Below, piece after piece: positions 23,231 to 35,606 of a DNA stretch of 64,000 nt. A program made the translations under genes and the position numbers. Under the pieces are notes generated by a model that saw only the letters and a program-made list of their open reading frames with translations, was not told the DNA's origin and did no database searches. The stretch is from Mobula hypostoma. Lineage: Eukaryota. How positions within the stretch are numbered: the first letter of the stretch is position 1; the number at the start of each line of letters is the position of its first letter. The stretch is from positions 7,938,001-8,002,000 of the forward strand of contig NC_086109.1 in NCBI RefSeq assembly GCF_963921235.1, given 5' to 3'.

Positions 23231-26051
23231 CTTATGTAAGCCTTAATAATAATAATTTGGGTGGTAGGGTGGAGATACAAAAGGATGTGTAAGGCATTCC
23301 TTCCCTCTGCTAGCCTGTAGGTGACCCTTGGACAAGGTGTAGTGTGAAGCCATGGGAGCAGGTGGTGGATTGTCGTTTGAGTAGCTAGTGCAACCACTGA
23401 CGCCAGGCAAATAATCTCTGAAGAGTATTGATAATGGCTGGAGTCACCTGTCTTGTAAAGACGCTGCCCAGAAGAAGGCAATGGCAAACCACCTGTAGAA
23501 AAATTTGACATCCCTTAACCCACTTACTATCAAGGACCCATCAACCTTCACTTTAAATATACCCAATAACTTGGCCTTCACAGCCATCTCTGGCAATGAA
23601 TCCCACAGATTCGCCACCCTCTGGCTGAAGAAATTCCTCCTCATCTCAGTCTTAAAGGGATGTCCTTCTATTATGAGGTTGTGCCCTCTGGTCGTAGGCT
23701 CTCCTACCGAAAACATCCTCTCCTCATCCACATTATTCAGGCCTTTCAGAATCTGATGAGTTTCAATGAGGTCCCTCCTCACCCATCTCAGCCCAACAAT
23801 CCTCACTTCTCTGGCTTAACCTGCGGCTGAAGTAATTCATCCCTGGATACATTTTAGTTAATATTTTATGTTTGTTGACTCTTATTTTCCCAAGGTGCAG
23901 TGATCAGAATTGAACACCATGGTCCGGTTTTGGCCCAAAACATGTTTTGTACAGGTTCAATATTTCTATTTAGGAGACAGTGACCACAACTCCCTGTTCT
24001 TTACCGAAGCCTTGGACGGGGATAGGAGCAGTCAGATGGAAAAGATAAGATTCACTGATAAAGTGGTCAGCCAGCACCTTTTTCCCAGGGCAGAAATGGT
24101 GAATTCAAGAGGACATAGTGTTAAGGTGATTGGTGGAAAGTAGGAGAAGGTGTCAGAGGTTAATTTTTTTTACACAGAGATTGGCCATCACTGCCAGAGA
24201 TGGTGGTGGAGGCATAAAAATTAGGGACATTTAAGAGTCTCTTAGATAGCCAAATGGATGAAAGAAAAATGGAGGGTTGTGCAGGAGGGAAAGATTAAAT
24301 TAACCTTGGAGTAGATTAAAGGGTCAGCATAACATTGTGGGTCGAAGGGCCTGTACTGTTCTATATTTTACATTCTATGCAGTACATGTTGGCACTAAAT
24401 TCTGGAACAATTAACTTTCAAAGTTTAAAGTTCAAAGTACATTTATTATCGGAGTATGTATACCATATATAACCTTGAGATTTGTCTCCTTGCAGGCAGC
24501 CACAAAGCCAAGTAGACCAATGGAACCCATTTTAAAAAAAAGACTGTCAAACACCCAAAGTGCAGGAAAGAAAAAACAAATCGTGCAAACAATAGAAGTA
24601 AGGGAATAATATTCAGAACTCAAGTTCATGAAAATGAGTCCACAGACAGGAAGTCAGCACAGTCGATTCAGGAACCCATTAGCTGCAGTCCACAGCCGCA
24701 GTTCAGTGCAGGAACCTAACAGAGCAGCAAACTGAACTGGCCTGGCCCTCCGTTCCAGCTCCGACACCCTGACCTTTTTTAATCTGGTTTGTCCAGAGGT
24801 GATGCTGTCGATAATCTGCAATGGAAGTGATTATCTTCTCACCTTCCCTGATATAGCAACTAAATGGATGACACTTGTAGCTTGGAAATAACGCTCCCAG
24901 AACAATCGAGGGTTATGCTGTACTTAGCAACCAGTGACATTGCTTTGTGCTTGTTATATTTTCATTTATGTCTTTCTCAAATAAATGGACAACTCTGGCA
25001 CCAAGATCCCTCACAGAACTTCCTGCCATCACTTCACGCTGTGTCTGGCCTACTTAACCTGTTATATCAGTTCCTGGATGGAACATTATCCGCCTTCTCA
25101 CTCCAGTCTGTCTGCCATCAAGCCCAGACGAGAGTATAAAATTCAGATTTTCACAGGATAATGGTAATATTGGTGAACTGGGAAATTGTTTTCTTATTGT
25201 TTTTGTGTAGTGAGGTACAAAGATAAGCGACTTTGAATCAGGGCATCCTACAAATGATGAACACTGAGCCGAAATGAATATGCCAGGACTCTTTCGATTT
25301 TGTGTTTTGATCTGTATTTTATTTCCTTTTGTTTTTGTTGCTGTTTGCGCGGTTTTTTGTGTGTGTGTTGGGTGGGGGGGGGTTTACTTTTATTCTTTGA
25401 ATAGTTCCATGATGTTTCTTTGTTTTGTGGCTGTCTGTGGGGAAGACGAATCTCAGGGCTGAGTACTACATAAATACTTTGATAACTATTGTTCCTTAAA
25501 CGTTGGACCTTGAGAAATCTTGACAGACTCCATGGAGGGGAAAATGCAGGAAGAATATTTGCAGCAGCTTAACGTTAAATAAATGTTGCTGGCTGGCTCA
25601 ACTTCCGGAAGCTGAACGTATCATCTGAGAGACACATTAGAGCGTCATTTTTGAGTCCTTCACCCTTAAGGGTGAAGGGTTAAGGATCAACTTTATTCAT
25701 CATATATATTTACATGTATCAGGAATTTGCTGTGGCATATTGGTGTGACATACAACAAAACCAACAACATTCAACAATTATAAGAATAAAGAATGATACT
25801 AAAAAAACTTAGAGGTTAAAGTAGGGTTATGGAATAAAATCTGCATAAATACATAGTAAACATACATTTAAAAATGCGCATATATACATACAAATAAAGT
25901 ACCTGATCAGATAGGTTTTCCAGGATTAAATAGGGGAATGCACAAACTGAGTGCATTGATATTTGGATTAAAAACATCATCCAACAATGGGCATTGAACA
26001 ATCCCAGTGGAGTATCGCACTTCTAATGTTCTCAGCTCCAGCTGCTTTAGT

Positions 26052-27031
26052 GGTGGTGATGGCATCCGTTAGTCTGGCAAGACCATGGATCTGCGCCTGG
26101 AAAGTCTAGCTTCAGTCTGTGTCAGAGCAGCGTCTGTTGTGGCTGTAGAGGCCCACACGGGAGTGACAGTCTCGGCTGCAGCGACTGCACTTGAAGGCGC
26201 TGTCCTCCAGTGTTGTCATGGTGCTGTTTCTCCAAGGGCGCTTTTCTCAGCAGCAAGCCTCAGCTTCTCTTCTCCTCTTTTTAGACTTCTGCGTAGTTCC
26301 AGCCTCCAGTGAGAGCGATGGCTTGCGATGTCCTCCCACCTCTCAACGTTCATGTTCAGTGACTTCATGTCTCTCTTGCAAACGTCTTTGAAACGAAGAT
26401 GGGGCCGCCCTTGTGCTCTCTTGCCGGAGGCCAGTTCCCCCTACAGCAGGGGAGCACTGGCAACACACTCTGAAGAGCAACTGCAACGCCTCATGGACAG
26501 CTTCTCAAGAGCCTGCCAGGACTTCAGCTTGACCATCAGCCTGAAGGAAACCAACATGTTGGGCCAAGGCGTTGAGCACCTCCCTGCCGTTACCATCAAC
26601 AACTACGAGCTGGAGGTAGTTCACGAGCTTACATACCTTGGCTCCACCATCACGGACAGCCTCTCCCTAGACCCCGAGATCAACAGACAGATTGGACGAG
26701 CAGCCTCAACATTCGCCAGGCTGACAAAGAGAGTCTGGGAGAACAGAAAGCTGACGACGCACACCGAAGTTGCAGTCTACAGGGCCTGCGTCCTCAGCAC
26801 ACTGCTTTACGGCAGCGAGACCTGGAGCCTCTACTACAAACAAGTGCGGCATCTCGACGCCTTCCACCTTCGCAGCCTGAGACGCATCCTGGACATCACG
26901 TGGACTGACCGAGTCACCAACAATGAGGTCCTGGCCCGCGCCCAGATACCCAGCCTCTTCACCCTGCTCCAACAACGCTGTCTCCGCTGGCTGGGCCACG
27001 CACACCGCGTGTAAGACGGGAGGATCCCGAA
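26052..27031 (-). mobile_element. RTE LINE, 5'-truncated, with 5' inversion
   Basis: 12-bp TSD AGCTGCTTTAGT at 26040-26051 and 27032-27043. Plus segment ~26450-27031 encodes the RT C-terminus (YLGSTI, LLYGSETW, LRWLGH). Minus segment 26449-26052 continues GELASGKRAQGRP...FKCSRC...GLYSH. Confidence 0.92.
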
Positions 27032-30000
27032 AGCTGCTTTAGTAACCAATTGGATAATGCAAATAACCATTTCAAAGCAGTAGCCTTCGACTACCAGTCA
27101 CTTAATTGAGTTGGTCAACAACAGAACTGGTCTGTGACCTAGATGATGACAGCACATTTCAGACCCTGTGGCCCGCGATGTTGTGCCGAACTTTTAACCT
27201 ACTCTATGTTCAGTCCAATCCTTCCCTTCCACGAAGCTCTCCATTTTTCTATCATCCATGTGCCTTTGTAAGAGTCTAATGCCTCTAACACCACTCTTGA
27301 CAGCAAGTTCGACGTGCTGTTAAAAAAACTACCTTTGACATCCCCCACCCCATACCTTCCTCTAATCACCTTAAAATTATGCCCTCTTCTATTAGCCATT
27401 GCTACTCTGAGAAAGCAGTCTCTGGGTCTCCACTTGATCGACTGTATGCCTCATCATCTTATACACAATGGTTAAAAACAGAGTGCACTGGGAATAATCA
27501 GCGCATCAGGCAGAATCTATGGAGAAAGAATCAGATTGATGAGTTTTCCTCACTTTATTCCCCACTTCTCCACTAAACATTTCTCTCCCTCTGCAGATGC
27601 TGCCTGGCACATTTGAGTATTTCCGCAACTTTCAGTTTTAATTTCAGGTTTCCAGCATCTGCGACATTTTTATATTTATGTTGCTCTGTCAATTATGCCT
27701 TTATTTGATGGCTGATATATTGCCTGGAAGTAGAAACACATTTCAAATTTCATCTTTCAAAGTAACTATTGGAACACTTCACACATGCCGAGGTCAACTC
27801 AAAGACAATTTCTTTGATCACTTATGGAAACTGCACAAATCTATTATCCCGTACAGGATCAAACAAAGAAAATTGATTGCAAGGAAATAGTGGTGAAACA
27901 ATGTGAATGGTAGTAAATGGTTGTTGGAACAAGCTGGCCAGAACAAATCCTACCCAACCAATTTTTAAGAGTTCATCATAGCGTTACTTAATGAAATGCA
28001 GTTGACTTCCCGAAAATCTTGCTCAATGCAATCCAACAGCCACACAATGAACTTGTCATCTGGAATTCTAGGGGTATTCTGCTCTCTTTTACCCTGGTGC
28101 TCTGAGCAACTTCACAACCATATCCAAGGTAGTGGGCAGGTCGGGCAGGAGGCATGAAGGCCGGTGATGCCCCAACCCCACCCTGGTCAGCAAGACCCGA
28201 GATCAGAAGGCCCAGACAAGTACAGAGTTTAAGGCCCAGAGTTCAAAGTCCTGTGATCTGCAAATCCTGGGGTTGATATCTGTGGCTGAAGGCCAAAGGT
28301 CTAAGACTAGGGTTTGTGAGTCCAAAACTCAAGGCCCGTTGGTCAAACGCCCTAGATCAATGTGTCCGGAGGCTGGAGGCCTGATGTCTACAAGTCCGAG
28401 AGTGCAGGGTAGGGCTGAGAGGTTGGAGGCCCAAAGGAGGCCTGTCCAGCATTTAGAGGCCCAGAGGAAGGTGTTTGGAGGGGCCTGTGTGCGTTTGGGT
28501 GGGTGGGTGGGTGGGTGGGTGGCAGGGAGGGAAGAGGCTTGTTTGATGACACTGTTGTTGCTTGTGTTGTTCTGCTGAACATGGTGGGTATGCTGTGTTG
28601 GTGCTGAAATGTGTGCCTCAGCACATCTTGGGGTGTGTTGGCTGTCAACACAAGCAGCGCATTTCACTGTATGTTTCAAAGTACACGTGGCAACGAATTC
28701 CACAGATTCACCACTCTCTGAAAGTCCTCCTCATCTCCTTTCTAAAAGGATGCCCCTCTATTCTGAGGCTGTGTCCTCTGGTCCTAGACTTTCCCACCAT
28801 AGGAGACATCCTCTCCACATCCACTCTATCAAGACCTTTCAGCATTTGATAGGTTTCACTAAAGTCCTCCCCTCCATTCTTTTGAACTCTAGTGAATACA
28901 GGTGCAGAGCCAATCACAGTCGTTCAATCCTGGAATCATTTTCATGAACCTCCTTTGAACCTTCTCCAGTGTCAGCACATCTTTTCTAAAATAAGGGGCC
29001 CAAAACTGCTCGGGAATAAAACCGAGGTGCTCAGGAATTTCTCCATAGTGTTGAATCCCTGGAATTCTCTACCCTATCTGGATGCACAGGCTGGATCATA
29101 GAGGTGGGGTAAAATACTTAAAAGGGAGGTGGGTAAATATTGGAAAAATCAGGGAACTGAGGGCTGGGGGCAATTGGCACAGTAGAGGAGATAAGATGTG
29201 GAATATATTTCATTCGGAGTTTGTCATTAAGTGTTTGTGCAAACTTGATTTGTCACCAAGGACACTCACAAATTTCTACAGAGCATTCTAAATGGTTACC
29301 TCACCACCTGGCACGGAGGGACCTCTGCACAAGATCGGAAAAAGCTTCAGAAAATTGTAAACTCAGCCAGCTCCATCATGGGCACCAGCCTCCCCAGCAT
29401 CGAGGACACCTTCAAAAGACGAGGGCCTTTTCTCAACAAGGTGGTGGTGCAGGAGCCTGAAGACACACACTCAACATCTCAAAAACAGCTTCTTTCCTTC
29501 CACCACCAGATTTCTGAATAGACAATGAATCCATGAACACTGCCTCACCATTTTTTTCTCTCTTCATTTTTAATATGTACTTCTTATTGTAATTTATACT
29601 ACTTTTTAGTATGTATCACAATGCACTGCTGCTCCGAAACGCCAAATTTCGTGACAAGTGCTAGTGATATTAAACCTGATTCTGGAAGAGATTGGTTATT
29701 GAATGGTGGGACAGGCTTGAGGGACTGAGTGGTCTACAGCTTAGAAATGGCCGTTCGGCTCTCATGTACCTGCTAGCCATTTCACCCACTCCTGCTCTTC
29801 TCCTTTCCTCCGCTGTTAGGTATGCATAAGCATAGCTTCTGTGTTCAAGTCTCTGAAAAAGGATGTGAGCTCAGCACCTTCTGGCCCAGAGACAAGGGAG
29901 AGATGCCCACTGAGCAAAGACTGGCATGGAAGGACCCTTGGATCATCATTTTCAGAGATCTTACCCTTCTAGCAACCTTCCAGAAATTGCAGGAGGTAGA

Positions 30001-30995
30001 AGCTTGCACTGGGAAATCTACCAAAGGGTTTGTGCCAACTAATGTCTGGCTGAAAGCCAGTGTGTGGAGAGCTGCTGTTCTCACAGAGAGGAATGTAACA
30101 CTCTGCCGTGAGTCATTCAGGATTATCTGCAAAACCACAAGGAGCTTCTGCAAGGAGCACTGCTGTAAGAAAGCAGCATCCATCATCAAAAACCCCCACC
30201 ATCCAGACCATTCTCTCTTCTTTCTAGTGCCAAGGTGCCTGGGGGATGGTGGGGGCTTGATGTTTGATGTTCTGCTTTGAACAGGTTGGCTCCATGGTTC
30301 TTCTTTGTTTTGTGACTGTCTGCCGGGAAGACAAATTTCGGGGTTGTATACCGTATACATACTTCAACAATAAATGTACTTTGAACCTTTACCAACGAGC
30401 AGGAGGTACAGAAGCCTTAGATCTCACACAACTCGGCTCAGGAACAATTACTACTTTACAGCCATCAGGCTCCTGAACCAGTGGGGATGGCTTAAATTTA
30501 TTATCAAGGTACATATATGTCACCATATACAACACCGAGATCCCCTTTCTTGCAGGCATTCACAATAAATACAGAAAAATAATAGAATCAGTGAAAGACC
30601 GCACCCAACAATGGAGGACAAACAACCAACATGCAAAAGACAACTGACCATGCAAATACAAAAAGAAAGAAAAAAAGAAATAATAATATTAATAATAATA
30701 ATAGTTAATAAATAAATATCAAGAACATGAGGCGAAAGGTCCTTGAAAGTGAGTCCAGTTCAGTGATGGAGTGAGTGAAGTTGCGTGAAGTTATCCCCAC
30801 TGGTTCAAGAGCCTGATGGTTGAGGGGTAATGACTGTTCCTGAACCTGGTGCTGTGAGTCCTGAGGCTCCTGTATCTTCTTCCTGACAGCGGCAGCGAGA
30901 AGAGAGCGTGTCCTGGGTGGTGGGGACCCCCGATGATGGATGCCGCTGAATAACTTCACTCATCTCAAGACTGAACGTGATTCCACAACCTATAG

Positions 30996-31077
30996 CAACA
31001 CACATCTAAGTTGCTGGTGAACGCAGCAGGCCAGGCAGCATCTCTAGGAAGAGGTACAGTCGAGGTTTCGGGCCGAG
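30996..31077 (-). mobile_element. Penelope pLTR mini-insertion, truncated within the hammerhead
   Basis: ACCTATAG duplicated at 30988-30995 and 31078-31085. Confidence 0.7.
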
Positions 31078-34000
31078 ACCTATAGACCCACTTTCAAGGA
31101 CTCGACAACTTATGTTCTCAGTATTATTTATTTACTGGTTAATTTACTTTTTTATTATTATTATTTTGTGAATTTATACAGTTTTCTACTTTTGCACATT
31201 GGTTGTTTGTCAGTCTTTGTTTGTGTGTAGTTTTTTCATTGATTCTATTGTATTTCTTTGCTCTTTGTTCAGGGTAGTACACGGTCACATTTAATACACC
31301 TTCTTTGATAATAAAATTACTTTCAGCTTTGAAACCAAGGCCGCTTTTGAACTGGTCTTCCTGTTAGACAGAGCATTCTTGTCCATCTGGTGAATTCTGT
31401 TTGTCAAGCCTGTCTCCTGCCAAATTTGTGTACTGTTCCTGTTACTGAAGTCGTAGAACACTTCAGCATAGAAATAGGCCCTTCAACTCATGTAATCTGT
31501 ACTGAAGTGTTATTCTGCTTCGTCCCATCAATCAGCAGCTGGACCGTAGCCTTCCTTCCCCCTCCCATCCATGGACTTACCCTAATTTACAGTCAAGCCC
31601 ACAGTAACCACTTCCACCTGCAACTTTTTCCACACACGCACTACCCTCTGAATAAAGAAATTCTCCTTAAACATTTCACCTTTCATCCTTAATCCACAAC
31701 TTCAAGTTCCAGTCTCACCCAGCGTAAGGGGGACAAAAACTACTTCCATTTACACTATCTATATCCCTCATAATTTATTTATTTTTAAAACATCTCTTTA
31801 TTGCTTTTACAGAGTGAAAAGAAAGCACATTAGATCATCCATAGGTTTGAAAGTACAACAAAGTTAAAGAAAAGGAAAAAATAAAATACATAAGAAATCA
31901 AAAGAAAAATACACACACACACACAAAAAAGCAAACACCCTGCCATTAAAAAAAGCAGTCAATTCTGCCACTGCTACGTCCAGTTTGAGCCCATGTTACA
32001 AATCATCACTTGGATCTGAACAGTACTGTGTCACCAAATACACCTTGCTATCTCCAAGGCGCTGAAGCTATGAAGGCTGCCCTGGCTGCTGTGCTCCGTG
32101 CCCACTGATATGATGAACTGGTAGTGAGGCTTTGGGCCTACTCCAGGATGCTCTGGGGTTCGGATCTGAGGGCTCATTTTTGATTTGGAATGCTTTTGTT
32201 CACTTTAATTGTTTGCATAATTTTTTTCTTTCTCTTGCACACCGAGTGTTGCTTTTTAAAATTTTTATTCCTGTTTTCTTCAATTGGGTTCTTTCTCTGT
32301 GGCTACCAGTGAGCAAGCAAATCTCAAGGTTATATAATTTATACATTCTTTGATAATAAATGAATCTTGAATCTTAAAGGAAATGGGCTACAAAGACTAT
32401 TTCTGCCCAAGTTCCAACAGAAGCCACCTGCTTCAGGGTTAGACATCCTAAACTGGTGCTAAGGCAAAGCAGTATCGTAGCGGTTAACACAATGCTTTAT
32501 AAAGTCAGTGATCGGGATTTAATTCCTGCCGCGGTCCATAAGGAGTTTGTATGTTCTCCCCATGACCACGTGGGTTTCCCCTAGGTGCTCCAGTTTCTTC
32601 TCACGTTCTGAAGCTGTATGGGTTAGTATGTTAATTGGTCACATGGGTGTTATTGGGCAGTGCACTTTCATTGGAAGGACCTGTAAAGGTGCTGTATCTC
32701 TAAAATAAAGTTTTTTAAAATAAATACACTGTAACAGGCTAAAGGTAGAAGGAGGAATGGGTTGGAGACTTCAAACAGCAGGTGAAAATGAGTTGGAGTT
32801 TACCCTTCCAAAATGAAAGTAAGTGGTTGAAGTTGTTTGATTTTTACTTTTTTAAACTTAAGAAACATTCAAAGCTTTGACAGATTTGACAGCTAGCTAA
32901 GCCTGAGTTGTTTTCATTTTCAGGCCCTTCATGAGCAATGCTTGCTCCGACCCTCGTCCCCAGCTTCCCCCCTTCGGCTAAATGACAGGACCCTGTGGCT
33001 GAAAGCTGTTGGTCAATCAGGGTCAGGAAGCCAACAGCAGAACTGGGCCAAATGTGGGCAAATGGGTGGGAATCTTGGCCAGCATGGACCACAGGCTGAA
33101 GGGCCTGTCTCCAAGGTGTACGACTCTATGACTCTCTGTGCAAAGGACTACAAACTTGCCAAGTACAGAACTTGATGTGTCAGCAGGACAGGAGAACTAA
33201 ATTTTGCTCAATGTGGAACATAGAACATTTCAGCACAGCTCATGATGTTGTACCAACCTACATAAAGCTACTCAATGATCAATCTAACCCTTCCCTGCTA
33301 CATAGCCCATAACCCTCCATTTTACTCAAATCCATGTTCCTAGTAAGAGTTTCTTGTATTGGCTGTACCATCACCCCCAGCTGTGCATTCCAGGTATCCT
33401 CCACTCTCTGTAAAAAAAAACTTCCTCTGATATTCCCCCTAAATCAAAGGCTGGAGTCTATAGATCCCTTGCTTCATGGTATAAGTCCGTGGCATAAAAC
33501 AGATTGGGAACCCCTACCCTAAATCTTCCTCCACTCACCTTAGAAGGATGTCCTCAGGTATTAGGCATTACCGTCTTGGGAAAAAGATGGTAACTGTGCA
33601 ATCTATCTATGCTTCTTATCATCGCATACTCTATTCATTTGTTCATTATGTGCCATTTCCCCTATAATGAGGGCAATCATGGTCTTTCCATGACCATGAT
33701 TGTTCTTGGCAAATTTTTCTACAGAAGTGGTTTGCCATTGCCTTCTTCTGGGCAGTGTCCTTACAAGATGGGTGACCCCAGCCATTATCAATACTCTTTA
33801 GAAATTGTCTGCCCGGTGTCAGTGGTCGCATAACCAGGACTTGGGATGTGCACCAGCTGCTCATACGACCATCCACCACCTTCTCCCATGGCTTCATGTG
33901 ACCCTGATTGGGGGCTAAGCAGGTGCTACACGTTGTCCAAGGGTGACCTGCAGGCTAGCGGAGGGAAGAAGCACCTGACACCTCCTTTGGTAGAAACGTA

Positions 34001-34319
34001 TCTCCACCCCACCTCCTCCTTATGCTGAATTTCTCGATCAGGCTGTTAGAACTTAGGAGTTTTCATCAAGTTCTAGGCAAGAGTAATCTCTTCACATTGG
34101 ATGAATTTTTCCTTCACAATGAACTGCCTAAATTGATATGAGGCTTACTTACGCCTTTCATGTTCTTCCACCGTTCCAGCACTCCTGCACTCCTCCCCCT
34201 CCTCTCTCTTCCTACTTTTCCAGATTAATATCATCTCCTAAAAGTGGTAGGTTAAAAAAAACAGTGAAAATAGCCCAGGTCCAAAGCAGAGGAATGGGGC
34301 AGCACGCAGCATAGGGAGC

Positions 34320-34715
34320 GGCATTATAGTGTAGCCGTTAGAGTAGCGCTTTATCTCAGCAGCTCTATGATAGGAGTTTGATTCCCACCACTATCTGTAA
34401 GGATTTTATACATTCTCCCTGTGACCACACAGATTTCCTCCAGGTCATTTCCTCCCACATTCCAAACTACTGCAAGGAGTTTTAAGTTCTCCCGTGACCA
34501 CGCAGGTTTCCACCGCGTGCTCTGGTTTCCTCCCACATTCCAACGACTTACGGTTTAGTAAGGGCTAGTAAGTTGTGGGCATTCTATACTGCCTCTGGAA
34601 AGGTGACGACTCTTGCAGGCTGCCCCCAGCCCAATCCTCGCTGACTTGATTTGACACAAACGACACACTTCACCGTGTGTTGCAATATTTTGACGTACGT
34701 GTGCCAAATAAAGCC
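34320..34715 (+). mobile_element. V-SINE with internally duplicated V-domain
   Basis: TGTAAGGA...TTCTCCC..TGACC...TTTCCTCCCACATTCCAA occurs twice in tandem. Confidence 0.7.
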
Positions 34716-34981
34716 AATACTTATCTTTATTCGACACTGAAAAGTTCCACTCTGAGCCCCTCAGAACGCTGCTGCCAAACTTTAGTTCAAGTACAAAAGA
34801 TCTGCCCAAGAAGTGTTGAGACAAATAAATGCATGCATGGGCTATAGACAGACACAGTGTCCTATCAACTATCAGAATCAGGTTGAATATCACTGGCATA
34901 TAAGGTGAAATTTGTTGTTTTGTGGCAGCAGTACATTGCAATACATAATAATGAAAGCTATAAATTACACTAAGAAATATA

Positions 34982-35606
34982 CTAGGGGTGATTGATAAGT
35001 TCATGGCCTAAGGTAGAAGGAGTCAATTTTAGAAAACCTAGCACATTTATTTTTCCTACATTTACACACTTAGTCCAGCGGTTGTGGAGCATACGGATCC
35101 CGTCTTCATTGAAGTCGGCGTCTTGGACCTCCAGTAAGTGGTCCACAGCCGGGGTGATTTATAAGTTTGTGGTCTAAAGTAGAAGGAGATGAGTTATTAA
35201 CTTCAAACTTTCTGCATTTTCACTCAAAGAGTTGAACTGCAAGTGCATGTAACTAGAGCTGTATAACTCATCTCCTTCTACCTTCGGCCACGAACTTATC
35301 AATCACCCCTGCTGTGGACCACCTGGAGGTTCAAGACACTCTTGTTACATGCACGTGCAGTTCAACTGTTTGAGTGATCATGCAGAAAGTTTGAAGTTAA
35401 TAACTCATCTCCTTCTACCTTAGGGCACGAACTTATCAATCACCCCATGCTGTGGACCACTTCTACAAAGAAGGGGTCCGTATGCTCCACGACCGCTTGT
35501 CTAAGTGTGTACATGTAGGAGGGGACTATGTTAAAAAATAAATGTGCTAGGTTTTCTAAAATTGATTCCTTCTACCTTGGGCCACGAACTTAGCAATCAC
35601 CGCTCG
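34982..35606. mobile_element. Mariner-derived palindromic MITE
   Basis: TA-flanked long TIRs (CTAGGGGTGATTGATAAGTTC.../...GAACTTAGCAATCACCGCTCG); mariner C-terminal peptide FYKEGVRMLHDRLSKCVHVGGDYVKK* at ~35461-35541. Confidence 0.85.

Noticed and set aside
26328..27014. 228-aa ORF as a functional RT gene
   Set aside because: It is a chimera of antisense and sense RTE segments, lacks the RT catalytic core and ends in a premature stop.
32923..33065. Acceptor-like TTTTCATTTTCAG followed by an open frame
   Set aside because: Unrecognisable peptide, no convincing donor, and it runs into a CR1 tail.
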